64,000 bases of DNA from a virus. Positions 9,635 to 19,790 of the stretch are shown one piece after another; the stretch's first letter is position 1, and each line of letters starts with the position of its first letter. A program made the translations under genes and the position numbers. The stretch covers positions 32,001 to 96,000 of the IMG/VR virus record IMGVR_UViG_3300046787_000099, one strand, 5' to 3'. The notes beneath the pieces are model-generated. The model did not search any database. It saw only the letters and a list, made by a program, of their open reading frames with translations, and was not told where the DNA came from.

Positions 9635-12613
9635 TTAGAGACCTTTGATGGCTTTAACAATAGAACCATTTCTTGCATTCTTCTTTGACTTAGCATTTGC
9701 TTCTTTAATCTTTTGAGCATCTGCTAGAGCTTGTAATCTTTCTGCTTCAGTAAGAGCAATGTCACTTGTAGACTTAGCACCTGATCCTACAGTTGGGATA
9801 TTGAAAGAGTATGGAGCATTCAAGTTGTATGCTTGTCCTCCTGGTGCATATCTGTAGTTGTACATATTTTCATATATACCAAGTGTTTTATTAGCAAGCT
9901 CATGTTGTGCCATCTTAGAAGCAATTGATTGTAAAGCTGTTTGTGCTTCTTGCTTAGTCTTAGATTTACCTATCGACTGTCTATTAAACTGTTGATCTAG
10001 AATTCCTAAGTTAACACGTTGAGCTTCATTCAATGTTTGACGATTAGCTTCGTACACACGAGCTCTCTCAGCTTGATTAGCTCTAGTTTGATTACCTAAT
10101 ACAGATTGATTAGCAGCATACTTCTGAGCAGCTAATCCAGTTAAGAGTTCTGGATTATTACCTAATGTTCTTTGCATAGCATTGAAGTCTGCTTGATTAG
10201 CATTCAATTGATCTTGTAAACTAATATCATAAGGAGTGTTAAGTTGTGGAGTGTACAATTGTGCTTGCACTGGCTCTAATTGATTACTAGCTAATGCAAA
10301 GTTTTCTGCTGCTATCTGAGCAGGATCAAGAGGTTCTTGATTAGTAGGACGTACAAAAGGTGCAACTGATTGAGCAAACAATGCAGCATCTTTCCAATTG
10401 AAACCTTTACCCTTAGCTTTCTCCTGTGCTGCTTTAGCAGTCTCTTCGTTAAATACTGGAGGCACATCCTTTGGTGCAACAATAGTTGCCTCATAAGGTG
10501 TATAAGCTAAGTTTTTAATTTCATTCTCCATACCACCAATAGGAGAATATGCATCAGGAGCAAACATAGTTCTTACATCAATTGGTGCTTGTGGATAATT
10601 CATGTTTCCAGGAATAATATTGGAAGGCATAAACTTAAGAGCAGAACCTGTTTGAGCTGTTTCCATCTTAGCACCAAACTTAGCTTTCTTCATAGCTTCT
10701 TTATCTTTAACAATTTTACCTTTAGCTAAATCAGCAGCAACTAATCCTTGCTCACTAGCTGTATCAAGGATAGCATTCTGTAATGTTGCAGCTTCTGTTT
10801 TCTGTTTAGCAATATCTTTTAACTTCATGTTAGCACCTAATATATTAGCATTAGCTGCTTGCAATGATAGTTTATCAAATTCAGTATTAACATCTAAGTC
10901 ATTAACAAGTTTGGTTGATTTATCAACAATCTTGTTTTGTTTAGCTTCTGTCTTAGATAAGTCAGCAGCATAGTGCTTGAACTTTTTCTTTTGACCAGGC
11001 ATAAACATATCACCAAATACAACTAAGTTACCATCTGGTGATCCACCATCTTGTAGCTTAACTGCTGGTTCTCCACCCTCAACCTCTACACCATTCTCAC
11101 CAAATGTAACAGGCATACCACCATTGTCATGCGAAGGACCTCTGAACATAATTGTTTCTCCACCATCTGGCAAATAAGGATTGTAAGACATAGTCTCTGC
11201 TTTACCACGATGGACTTGTAAGTCACCACCCATAGCCATCTGTGTACCATATTCAGCACGAGGGAAACGATCAGTATCAAACATCATATTGGTAGAATGC
11301 ATAACACCACCATCATCCATTCTTCCTGTATACATAGCTCTTGCACTAGGAGCAGTGTATTCTTTTAAATGTCCACCAGCACGTAACATATCAGCATCAT
11401 GAGGAGGCTTCAATAAATCTTTAACATCGTATTCACCAAACTTAGCAATTACTTGTGGCATCCAATCATTACTTACCCATCCACCATCTTCCATAGATCC
11501 TGAATTCATACCTCTTAAAGCATTACCAAATCCAGCAGCAGCAGCTCTCATAGTATTTTGTTTACCTTGTTCTGCAAGCATATTAGTTTCATGTTGTCTT
11601 CCTCCACCAAATAAACCTCCAATGAATCCACCAGCTGCTTCTCCAATAGGTCCAAACACTCCACCAATTTGAGAACCAAGTTGTCCTTCAGGAGTTGCTT
11701 CGAATCCACCTCCAGTAATCCAGCTACCTGCAGCATTTGCTATACCACCAAACTGAAACTGCTTAACATTACTATCATTTAATGGCTCATAGCCGAGATC
11801 TGTATAGATACTGTTAGGAGCAAATGTATTTTGAATCTCAGCACCATTTCTTGCTTGTAGATAGTTTGTACCTGTTCCATAAGAACTGCCCATCTGTCCT
11901 GGTTGGAAAGCCATATCCTCAGGACGAACATATCTCTTTTGTCTCTTAGCATCTACATCTTGTGATTCAGCAGCTTGTGCTGTTACATTACTAATCTGAG
12001 CAAATTGCTTTTGCTGATCTTGCTGATGTTGTGCTTCACCAATAGCTTCAATAGTTCCCCAAATAGAACCTGCTTGACTTAACAATGAATTACCAGCAGT
12101 CTTTGCTTTACTACCAAATGATTCAGTAGTAGACATTGTAGGAGAAGTTAATGTAGGTAACGCTTTTGCAGAATCACTTAATCCTTTAATTGGTAAACTT
12201 TTAAGAGTTGCACCAATTTGAGCTATTGGTAAATGTCCACCACCTTTAAACATACCAGCAACATTACCAATAATATCACCATTATCTCCACCAAGAGTAG
12301 ACATCAGTTGATCAATAGGTCCGCTTTTCTTCTCCATTGCTTTAGCAATTTGAGCTTGAGAAGCAAGAGCTTCTTGTCTTTGTCTTTCTTGAGTACTAAT
12401 ACCAGTAGCGTCAGCTTGAGCCTGATCATAAAAAGTATTATAACTAATTGGCTTCATAGGAGCAGGTTTAGCTACATTATCAATAGATGTACCCACCTGA
12501 GCTTTCTTTAACTCTTTACCGTGCTTCTTCATAAAAGCTGCTTCACTAGGAAACTTCTTGTAGAACTCCTTCTCAGTCTTAACTCCAGCAATCTTTAAAA
12601 TTTGAGCTTTCAT
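9635..12613 (-). CDS. Virion cargo protein with Gly-rich putative membrane segment
   Basis: 992 aa; GSQIGGVFGPIGEAAGGFIGGLFGGG segment; GPSHDNGGMP...EVEGGE motif typical of crAss-like cargo proteins; many xxxGG motifs. Confidence 0.65.
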   Translation of the reverse strand: MKAQILKIAGVKTEKEFYKKFPSEAAFMKKHGKELKKAQVGTSIDNVAKPAPMKPISYNTFYDQAQADATGISTQERQRQEALASQAQIAKAMEKKSGPIDQLMSTLGGDNGDIIGNVAGMFKGGGHLPIAQIGATLKSLPIKGLSDSAKALPTLTSPTMSTTESFGSKAKTAGNSLLSQAGSIWGTIEAIGEAQHQQDQQKQFAQISNVTAQAAESQDVDAKRQKRYVRPEDMAFQPGQMGSSYGTGTNYLQARNGAEIQNTFAPNSIYTDLGYEPLNDSNVKQFQFGGIANAAGSWITGGGFEATPEGQLGSQIGGVFGPIGEAAGGFIGGLFGGGRQHETNMLAEQGKQNTMRAAAAGFGNALRGMNSGSMEDGGWVSNDWMPQVIAKFGEYDVKDLLKPPHDADMLRAGGHLKEYTAPSARAMYTGRMDDGGVMHSTNMMFDTDRFPRAEYGTQMAMGGDLQVHRGKAETMSYNPYLPDGGETIMFRGPSHDNGGMPVTFGENGVEVEGGEPAVKLQDGGSPDGNLVVFGDMFMPGQKKKFKHYAADLSKTEAKQNKIVDKSTKLVNDLDVNTEFDKLSLQAANANILGANMKLKDIAKQKTEAATLQNAILDTASEQGLVAADLAKGKIVKDKEAMKKAKFGAKMETAQTGSALKFMPSNIIPGNMNYPQAPIDVRTMFAPDAYSPIGGMENEIKNLAYTPYEATIVAPKDVPPVFNEETAKAAQEKAKGKGFNWKDAALFAQSVAPFVRPTNQEPLDPAQIAAENFALASNQLEPVQAQLYTPQLNTPYDISLQDQLNANQADFNAMQRTLGNNPELLTGLAAQKYAANQSVLGNQTRANQAERARVYEANRQTLNEAQRVNLGILDQQFNRQSIGKSKTKQEAQTALQSIASKMAQHELANKTLGIYENMYNYRYAPGGQAYNLNAPYSFNIPTVGSGAKSTSDIALTEAERLQALADAQKIKEANAKSKKNARNGSIVKAIKGL

Positions 12614-12614
12614 A

Positions 12615-13475
12615 TTATTGGTATTTGTCTAACCAGCCTCCTGGTTGTTTTGTATTGTAATTAGTAAAGTTAGTTAATTGGTCAAGCTTTGTCAACTGAC
12701 CTCCCTGTGCCATCATAGGATACTCTGTAACAGACGATCCATGATAATTGTAGTCTTGGTTAGGATACATCATTTGCATGTCTCCTGTGTCAGATATACC
12801 TAGTACAGGATAAGGTACACCTTGCATTGTTATTTGGTTAGAACCTATCTGTGTCACCTTGCCAGGATGAGCCCATTGTCCTCTGTCATCTTTAATAATC
12901 TTAGAACCATTTTTAGAAATAGATTTAGGTTTCCAATCTAATCCATTCTGATAGTATTTCATCTCCATACCATTCTGTGCAGAAGCAGGTGTCTTCTTTC
13001 CATAAGGACCTTTACTAGGAGCAGGAGGACCAATTGTACGTGCGTATGTAAATCCTACAGCACCAGGCATAGATCCACCCATAGCAAAATCCTCACTAGT
13101 TGTTAATCTTGTAGGAGCATTCTCATCTTTTCCTCTTCCTTCTATCCAATCTATTACAGATTGAGGAGTAGGTTGCGATTTCTTTGCTACAGTCTGTACT
13201 GGTTTCTTATATAAGTATTGATTTCCTGCAGGAGCATAATAACCTATTCTTGAATCTTTAGGATTAGATAAATATATAGGAGGATGCTTTTTATTATACT
13301 CTTTAGGTGAAAGATATCCACCACTTTGAAACTGTCCTCCCCATGCAGGAGAATAGTTACGTCCTCTATTAGTATATCCTTCTCCTACAAAATCATTAGA
13401 TGCACTAACTGAGTAGTCATTATAGTTAGGTTGTACAGGACCACCATCATTATATTTATCTAACCATTTTTTCAT
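12615..13475 (-). CDS. Small putative virion cargo protein
   Basis: 286 aa; WLDKY at both termini; xxxGG motifs; ITMQGVPYPVLGISDTG core. Confidence 0.55.
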   Translation of the reverse strand: MKKWLDKYNDGGPVQPNYNDYSVSASNDFVGEGYTNRGRNYSPAWGGQFQSGGYLSPKEYNKKHPPIYLSNPKDSRIGYYAPAGNQYLYKKPVQTVAKKSQPTPQSVIDWIEGRGKDENAPTRLTTSEDFAMGGSMPGAVGFTYARTIGPPAPSKGPYGKKTPASAQNGMEMKYYQNGLDWKPKSISKNGSKIIKDDRGQWAHPGKVTQIGSNQITMQGVPYPVLGISDTGDMQMMYPNQDYNYHGSSVTEYPMMAQGGQLTKLDQLTNFTNYNTKQPGGWLDKYQ

Positions 13476-14341
13476 TACTTGTAAGAGATTTGAGCAGGAG
13501 CTACAATGAATTGAGAGATGATGTGAGCATCAGACTTGTTATCTAGAATGTGTCTAATTAACAAACCTTTAGCTCTGATTGTATCTTTCTTGAATGAACG
13601 AACACCATAATCCATGTTCGCTTGGTTAAGAACCTTATCGATTGATAAAGACTCACAGCCAGTTACAAACAAAGGTAATGATTTATCTTTAACTACAGAC
13701 CAGAAATTATTATATTGATAGAAATTATCTGATTTAGTATAAGTAATTGTCTTAGAGTATTGATTGTACATTGGGTACTGCATGTATGCCTTTAGGTTAT
13801 TCATTGGTTTAGGAACCAACTCTAACACACCAGAACACTGCTGACCATTGTAAATGATAGCCTTATTGAAATACTGATCATCAGTTTGAATCTTAGCATT
13901 ATCATTATACACACCATCTGGGATAGGTAAGTACTTGTAAACTGTACTAAAGTCTTTTACATTCTGTAATATCTCATCATGGAACTGATAAGCAAATGGA
14001 TACTCAATTATGTATGGTTCAATATTTCCATAGTAACTATTGTAAAGAGTTGTATCAGTTAAGTGTCTCCACAAACTTGCAGTATTCTGTGGAGTGAATT
14101 GAATCTCTGCTATTTGTCTAAACGACAATGATGTAATAGACAAGAACTTAGTAGTCTTACACTTACCAATAGACTCAAGAATAATAACAGTGACAGCATC
14201 ATCAATAGTGTATGACACACCATCAATGAGCTGTTGCTTAGTAATGCTTGTACCTAACACATTTCCGTAGTTATCAGAAATGTTAAAAGGTCCAACTCTA
14301 TTACCTGCTTTCTCTAATTTTATTGTTACTATCTTAGACAT
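13475..14341 (-). CDS. Tail protein, probable C-terminal part of a split tail-stabilization (muzzle) protein with an added N-terminal domain
   Basis: PYIIEYP...FNKAIIYNGQQCSGVLEL...YNNFWS resembles the C-terminus of crAss tail-stabilization proteins; N-terminal ~65 aa resemble the N-terminus of 23337..23993. Confidence 0.55.
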   Translation of the reverse strand: MSKIVTIKLEKAGNRVGPFNISDNYGNVLGTSITKQQLIDGVSYTIDDAVTVIILESIGKCKTTKFLSITSLSFRQIAEIQFTPQNTASLWRHLTDTTLYNSYYGNIEPYIIEYPFAYQFHDEILQNVKDFSTVYKYLPIPDGVYNDNAKIQTDDQYFNKAIIYNGQQCSGVLELVPKPMNNLKAYMQYPMYNQYSKTITYTKSDNFYQYNNFWSVVKDKSLPLFVTGCESLSIDKVLNQANMDYGVRSFKKDTIRAKGLLIRHILDNKSDAHIISQFIVAPAQISYK

Positions 14342-14354
14342 TTTATTTCATTAA

Positions 14355-17300
14355 TTAGATGCAAGAATCTGTTGTATCTGTTACAGTGATATATGTATCA
14401 CCTGGAACTGGTGTAGTACCGATCTTAACACAGTACTGAGGAGCAGTTAATTCTGGTATACTTACAACTTGTACAACATTATCACAATCAGTGTAAGTAA
14501 CTGTATTAGAAAAATCTGGTGAATTATTAGTAAATGTCCACAAAGTACAACCTACAACTGCTGTAGTAGTAGTGGTAGTAGTTGGACTTGCAGTGGTTGT
14601 TGTAGTGGTTGTTGGAATACAATCTTCGCAACTTGCATACGATGTTGCAGAATAAAGTGTTGAGTTAGCAGGTGTTGTACTAGCAGTGCTTGTAATAAAT
14701 CCACATAATATTTCACCACTGCCAGGTGTACCTACTTGAAATTGTACAATGTTTGGAGCAACGAATGTATATATTTTTTCAGCATAGTATAAATCTCCTG
14801 TAACACATTCATCAATTGAATAAGTATAAGTTACAGGTGGTGTTAAATCACAATATTCTACATCCCCACATTCATATACATTTGGAGAATAAAGTGTTGC
14901 ACTAGGAGAACCTGGTGCAGAAGTATCTGATATAATAGTTCCACAGAATACTGTCCCACTACCAGGTGAACCAACTTGGAATTGTACAACATCACCTATA
15001 CTAAATGCATAAGTTTGCTCAGTGGTATAAAAATCAGAAGTAACACATTGTTCAATTACATAATTATAAGTTGGTGCTACCGTTGTAGTAGTAGTTGTAG
15101 TAGGTGTTGCTGTGGTAGTGGTTGTAGTAGTCGGTGCTACAGTGGTAGTGGTTGTTGTTGTAGGCTCTAACGTAGTTGTAGTTGTGGTAGTTGGAGCAAC
15201 AGTGGTAGTAGTGGTGGTTGTAGGTGCAACTGTTGTAGTGGTGCTTGTTGTTGTCGAAGTTGATGTACTACTAGTTGTAGTGGTAGTAGTATAAACCTCA
15301 GAAGCAACACCAGCAATCTGACATCCAGGGAATACAGAAGATGCAAAACCTTGTAACTCACAATCAGGACCTTCTGTAGCAGCAATAGCCAACAAGTCAC
15401 ATCCCTCATTCAATCCTGAATAGAAGAAGTTGTTCTCTGCTATGTAGAAGTTAGGAATGTAGCTATGGAATGAAATCCAAGTCTTTGTATTCATGTTGAA
15501 TGACAAAGTCCAAGACTTGTTACAGAAGTATCTATTGTCAGTTAACAACACAACCTCTCTGTAAGTAGCATCTCCTACAGTGTGGTTTACGTAGTATTCC
15601 TTAGTAGTATCATCGTAGAATATCTTACCTACTTGATCCACTTGAGGAATGTAATCTAACTTAGAGATGATAACACGATCAAACTTACTATCAAACACAC
15701 CATGTAGTCCACAACCATTGAAGTGATTGTCTGTATCTGCTGTAGGGAAGTAACGTAAGATTTCAAATGCTAAGTGGTCTGTAAAGAACTTATTCACACC
15801 TGAACCAAATGCAGCTAAGTCTGTAGCACCATTGCCAGCAATCAAGAATATCTGACCACGCTTAGCATCAGCTGTTATCTGTCCTTGAGGAATCTTTAAC
15901 AACATCTTATTTTGAGATCCTACATATCCAAGATCAGTCTCAGCAAAGTCAATTGGAGGAGCAGATCTAAACAATGAAGGATTACCCAAATAAGCAGCTT
16001 GTGGATTGCTTGTATTGATTGTAAGCATTGTGTTATATAACAATGACTTATTCTCAAAGCGAGCAAGGATAGCCTTGTTCTGAATACCATCAAGAGAAAC
16101 TAAGTTACCAAAGTTCTGAGGGAAATCAAAGAATGCTAATGGTGTATAACTTAACCAGCTATTTACTTTGTTGCTAGGATTAGTATCTTGTGCCTCTGAG
16201 TAAACAGCTCTGAATGGATAATATGTATTGCAGTTGTTCTCACTCCAATCAGCAGGAAGATGAGAGAAGAAGTTCTCTGTATTCTGCTTAGAGTAAGACA
16301 CATTGTAATAGTAAGTATTGTCTTGAGCAATAGGTACAAATGTTTGTTGTAACCATTGATCAGGAATACCAGAGCTTACACGAGGATAGAAGTCTCCTTC
16401 TCTATTGTTAAATGATTGACGTAAGTCTAAGTTAATAGAACTCTCACAATAGAAATACGGAATACCATACGCAAACATGTAGAACTTACCTGTGTACGAT
16501 GCAGTGTTTGTACCCAAGCTGCTACCTCCCAACACTGTTGTTGTGGTAGTAGTTGTACCATTAAGAGGAGACTCTGAAGGGCAATCAAAGTTATGAGCCT
16601 TGATTGATATAATGTTTCTTAATGTAGATATAGGTGCACCAGAATCAGGCTTATTGAAATCATACAACACTGATCTTGAAGAATGCCAGTATTGAGGATA
16701 AGCAATGTTACCTAATTGATCATACTCAATATCACTATCATCTGGAGCATTTACTCTATTATCAATAAAGAACGGAAGCTTAGTCTTGAATGCAAAACGA
16801 GAGATGAATGTATCACCACCAAATACAGTTTGGATTCCTGGTGTAGAATCAACATCTACTTGGAATCCTGTATCAATTGTAGTGTACGTATATATCTGTC
16901 CCCATTGATTAGGTAGTATATTCTTTAATGAACCATAGTAAGATACTACATTAATAGTTTCTAAGAACTCAGGAACACCACAGTTACCACTTTGTGATAA
17001 AGTGAATCTTGAGTTATCTTCAATCTGTCCATTAAGAGAAGGTGTGTCTTGAGCATAAGGAAGAGCAGTCTTTGATGCTGCTGTCTTTAAGTATACAGAT
17101 GTTTCTCTTTGGAAGTTGTTTATATCATGATCATCACTAACAGACTGAACACCTGGAAGTAAGTATTGATAAAGATCAAGCTCACGTTGTTTGATACCTG
17201 CACCATTAGCAACATCAGCAGAGTAATCATACTGTGCTACAGAGTTGAATGAATATGCAAAGTTCTTTCTACTAATACCATTAATATAGATAGTTAGATA

Positions 17301-19790
17301 AGCTTGATACATAGTAAACATACCAGCCTGATTAAACGGACTAGTAATATTAGCAACCTTATAACTATCTAATAATGCTTGATATTGAATCTCTTTAGTT
17401 AATAGTCTATATCTAGCATTGTTCTTCACTTCTACAAAGTGTGCACTACCTGCACCAAACATTGCATTCTCTAACTTAAGAACAGATCCTAGTGAAGGTT
17501 GTCCAAAAGAAGTTTCAGGTGAGTTGAATATATATCTATACTTAGAAGCATCTGTAGAGAAACCATCTAAGTTTGCAGGTTGACAATAAGGATTTACATT
17601 ACTAAATGCTACTGTATATCTAGTATCTCCACCAGTGAACTGAGGAGTAGTTGCAGAACAAATTATAACAGGCTCATCTGCAAGAACTGTAAGAGGAGTG
17701 TTAGTAGGATAAGTTAAAGCATCCTGATAGACAAATGTAGTAGATGACTGAGATGTTATTCTGTAGAACTTAGCATTGTATTGAGCTACAGGATTAGTAA
17801 TTGTTGTAGTTCCAGTTAATATAACTGGTTGTGTTACAGAGCAAATATACTGCACACCTGCAGATAAATCTAAACTTACTAATTCTCCTGTAGAAGAACT
17901 GTTGTATTGAATACTAGCAAATGCTGGTGTATCTAACTTCCAATAAATAGACTCACTGTTGTAAGCATTGTTTTCTTCAAGAAGGAATGGATCTCTGCTA
18001 ACATCATTATAAGGATAGTTAGCATAGTAGTATGATGTATTCTCACGAGTGTATTTACCTACGTTACGTAGAATACCTTTTGCTACAATAGATTTATTTG
18101 TAGATCTATTACCACGAACAATCTTGAATCCAGCAATCTCAGCCTTTTGATCTGCTGTCAAATCAGAAGCAGCAATCAAATCTAATACTTGTTGTGTATC
18201 AATTCTTACACCAAGAGGGAATACAGACTCAGGGTTCTGCATAACTGGTGAAATAGGTGTTGATACACTATATGAAGGAGACTCATAAATAGGACTAACT
18301 AGAACATCAGGAAACTTGTGATGTCTAATTGGTTGACCAGCAAGATCTCCCCACACATTAGGATCACAAGGATATGTCTCTAATGATTCCCAATATGCAA
18401 ACTCTCCATACTTATATGGTGTAGCACCATTGATACTAGCACCTGAACCATTCCCTGTTACAGATGCAGTGTTATAAATCTTCCATGTAGGAGCAGATGT
18501 TCCTGTACCAATATAGTCAGGATTGCTATTAGGAATAGCTACTAAGTCTGAAGCAACCGATGCTCTACCAGGAATGTGGAAACCATCTGTCTGCTTACCA
18601 TTCCTCAATAAGAATACAATCTCAAATGCATACACCTCATCACGTAAATATCCACGTAAGTCTGTAGCATTTAACTCATTTGCATAGTCTTGATTAGCAG
18701 GCATTTTGTACGTCTGCCACATCAAAGAAATATCGTTAGCAATCTTCTGATAACTTAATCGATCATCAGATGTTAAACCATCCCAAATAAGAATATCTTG
18801 TACAGATGTAATATCTTGAGCAACACTATAATAAGGTTGTTTCTCAAAGATGTCAGCAATAGTTAATCTGATTTGCTCTTGATTCTGTCCTGTATAAGTT
18901 ATTTGTCTAGTTCTACCATCAATGAAGTAAGTACCAATTAGTTCTACAGATACTATAGCGTTGATGTTCTTGATTACAGCAACATTGTAATACTCAAAGT
19001 ATCCTGTTAAATCTAAGTTAGCAATATCTACAACAATAGACTTATTAACTGGGTAGTTAAAGTTTAATGTCTCAACGTTAGTGTTAGCAATAGGAAGAGG
19101 ATTGGTAATAGAATAGTATGATGTATAACCAACACCATTAGCATTAGAATACTGAATAGCAAATTGGTATGTACCAGATATAAGCTCACCACCATTAACT
19201 ACCTCAGCTATATCTAATACAGGAATATCAAAGTTAGGTTGGATCTTTAACTTGTTACAATCAATCTCTCTTGTTGAAATAGTTTCACAAAGATTATCTC
19301 CAATAACTGTAACATAAGGAATGTTATCAATATCTAGATATCTACGAGGGTTTAATCCATCAGTCCAATAGATTTCAGTTGTACAGTTTGATATCTTATG
19401 TACAGCCTTGTGAATAGGATTGTCAATGTTAAAGTTTAGACATGGAGAATTGATGTATGTATTATACACACAATCATTGTTATCCATATATCCAATCTCA
19501 GAATCTCCAGTGTTAGGATTTACTAAGAAGAATATATGTTTGTTCTTCTCTTGAATAAAGTGTTCTCCAATAAGAACATAATCTTCAGGAAACTGTAAAC
19601 ACAGCACATTACCTGCCTCATTCTGATAGTTTACAGAATCGGAGTCAAAGTTTTCTATAGCCGCATTCAATGCATATGTAAGCTTGCCTTTAGGTACTTG
19701 AGCAAGAGTTTGGTCCATGTTAAGACCACTCTGTGCAGCATTAAAGTTTTGCTTTACATTCCCTTGATTAGTTGTTTCTTCTCCAGCCAT
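14355..19790 (-). CDS. Tail stabilization / muzzle protein with C-terminal Thr-rich and Cys-repeat extension
   Basis: 1811 aa; IYWTDGLNPRRY, GYLRDEVYAFEIV, FGGDTFISRF, WTLSF...WISFHSYIP motifs; located after the ring/tubular genes. Confidence 0.75.
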   Translation of the reverse strand: MAGEETTNQGNVKQNFNAAQSGLNMDQTLAQVPKGKLTYALNAAIENFDSDSVNYQNEAGNVLCLQFPEDYVLIGEHFIQEKNKHIFFLVNPNTGDSEIGYMDNNDCVYNTYINSPCLNFNIDNPIHKAVHKISNCTTEIYWTDGLNPRRYLDIDNIPYVTVIGDNLCETISTREIDCNKLKIQPNFDIPVLDIAEVVNGGELISGTYQFAIQYSNANGVGYTSYYSITNPLPIANTNVETLNFNYPVNKSIVVDIANLDLTGYFEYYNVAVIKNINAIVSVELIGTYFIDGRTRQITYTGQNQEQIRLTIADIFEKQPYYSVAQDITSVQDILIWDGLTSDDRLSYQKIANDISLMWQTYKMPANQDYANELNATDLRGYLRDEVYAFEIVFLLRNGKQTDGFHIPGRASVASDLVAIPNSNPDYIGTGTSAPTWKIYNTASVTGNGSGASINGATPYKYGEFAYWESLETYPCDPNVWGDLAGQPIRHHKFPDVLVSPIYESPSYSVSTPISPVMQNPESVFPLGVRIDTQQVLDLIAASDLTADQKAEIAGFKIVRGNRSTNKSIVAKGILRNVGKYTRENTSYYYANYPYNDVSRDPFLLEENNAYNSESIYWKLDTPAFASIQYNSSSTGELVSLDLSAGVQYICSVTQPVILTGTTTITNPVAQYNAKFYRITSQSSTTFVYQDALTYPTNTPLTVLADEPVIICSATTPQFTGGDTRYTVAFSNVNPYCQPANLDGFSTDASKYRYIFNSPETSFGQPSLGSVLKLENAMFGAGSAHFVEVKNNARYRLLTKEIQYQALLDSYKVANITSPFNQAGMFTMYQAYLTIYINGISRKNFAYSFNSVAQYDYSADVANGAGIKQRELDLYQYLLPGVQSVSDDHDINNFQRETSVYLKTAASKTALPYAQDTPSLNGQIEDNSRFTLSQSGNCGVPEFLETINVVSYYGSLKNILPNQWGQIYTYTTIDTGFQVDVDSTPGIQTVFGGDTFISRFAFKTKLPFFIDNRVNAPDDSDIEYDQLGNIAYPQYWHSSRSVLYDFNKPDSGAPISTLRNIISIKAHNFDCPSESPLNGTTTTTTTVLGGSSLGTNTASYTGKFYMFAYGIPYFYCESSINLDLRQSFNNREGDFYPRVSSGIPDQWLQQTFVPIAQDNTYYYNVSYSKQNTENFFSHLPADWSENNCNTYYPFRAVYSEAQDTNPSNKVNSWLSYTPLAFFDFPQNFGNLVSLDGIQNKAILARFENKSLLYNTMLTINTSNPQAAYLGNPSLFRSAPPIDFAETDLGYVGSQNKMLLKIPQGQITADAKRGQIFLIAGNGATDLAAFGSGVNKFFTDHLAFEILRYFPTADTDNHFNGCGLHGVFDSKFDRVIISKLDYIPQVDQVGKIFYDDTTKEYYVNHTVGDATYREVVLLTDNRYFCNKSWTLSFNMNTKTWISFHSYIPNFYIAENNFFYSGLNEGCDLLAIAATEGPDCELQGFASSVFPGCQIAGVASEVYTTTTTTSSTSTSTTTSTTTTVAPTTTTTTTVAPTTTTTTTLEPTTTTTTTVAPTTTTTTTATPTTTTTTTVAPTYNYVIEQCVTSDFYTTEQTYAFSIGDVVQFQVGSPGSGTVFCGTIISDTSAPGSPSATLYSPNVYECGDVEYCDLTPPVTYTYSIDECVTGDLYYAEKIYTFVAPNIVQFQVGTPGSGEILCGFITSTASTTPANSTLYSATSYASCEDCIPTTTTTTTASPTTTTTTTAVVGCTLWTFTNNSPDFSNTVTYTDCDNVVQVVSIPELTAPQYCVKIGTTPVPGDTYITVTDTTDSCI
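14560..15292 (-). repeat. Coding repeats: (T7-V/L/A-x-P)n mucin-like tracts flanking two ~70-aa Cys-containing repeats
   Basis: TTTTTTTVAP-type units; two repeats sharing C-VT-D-Y...VQFQVG(S/T)PGSG...CG-I-S...TLYS. Confidence 0.9.

Noticed and set aside
14620-15075. DGR template/variable repeat pair in the duplicated Cys repeats
   Set aside because: Both copies are in-frame coding, differences are not adenine-specific, and no reverse transcriptase is in the window.
15112-15294. Poly-valine ORF on the plus strand
   Set aside because: It is the reverse complement of the Thr-codon tract.
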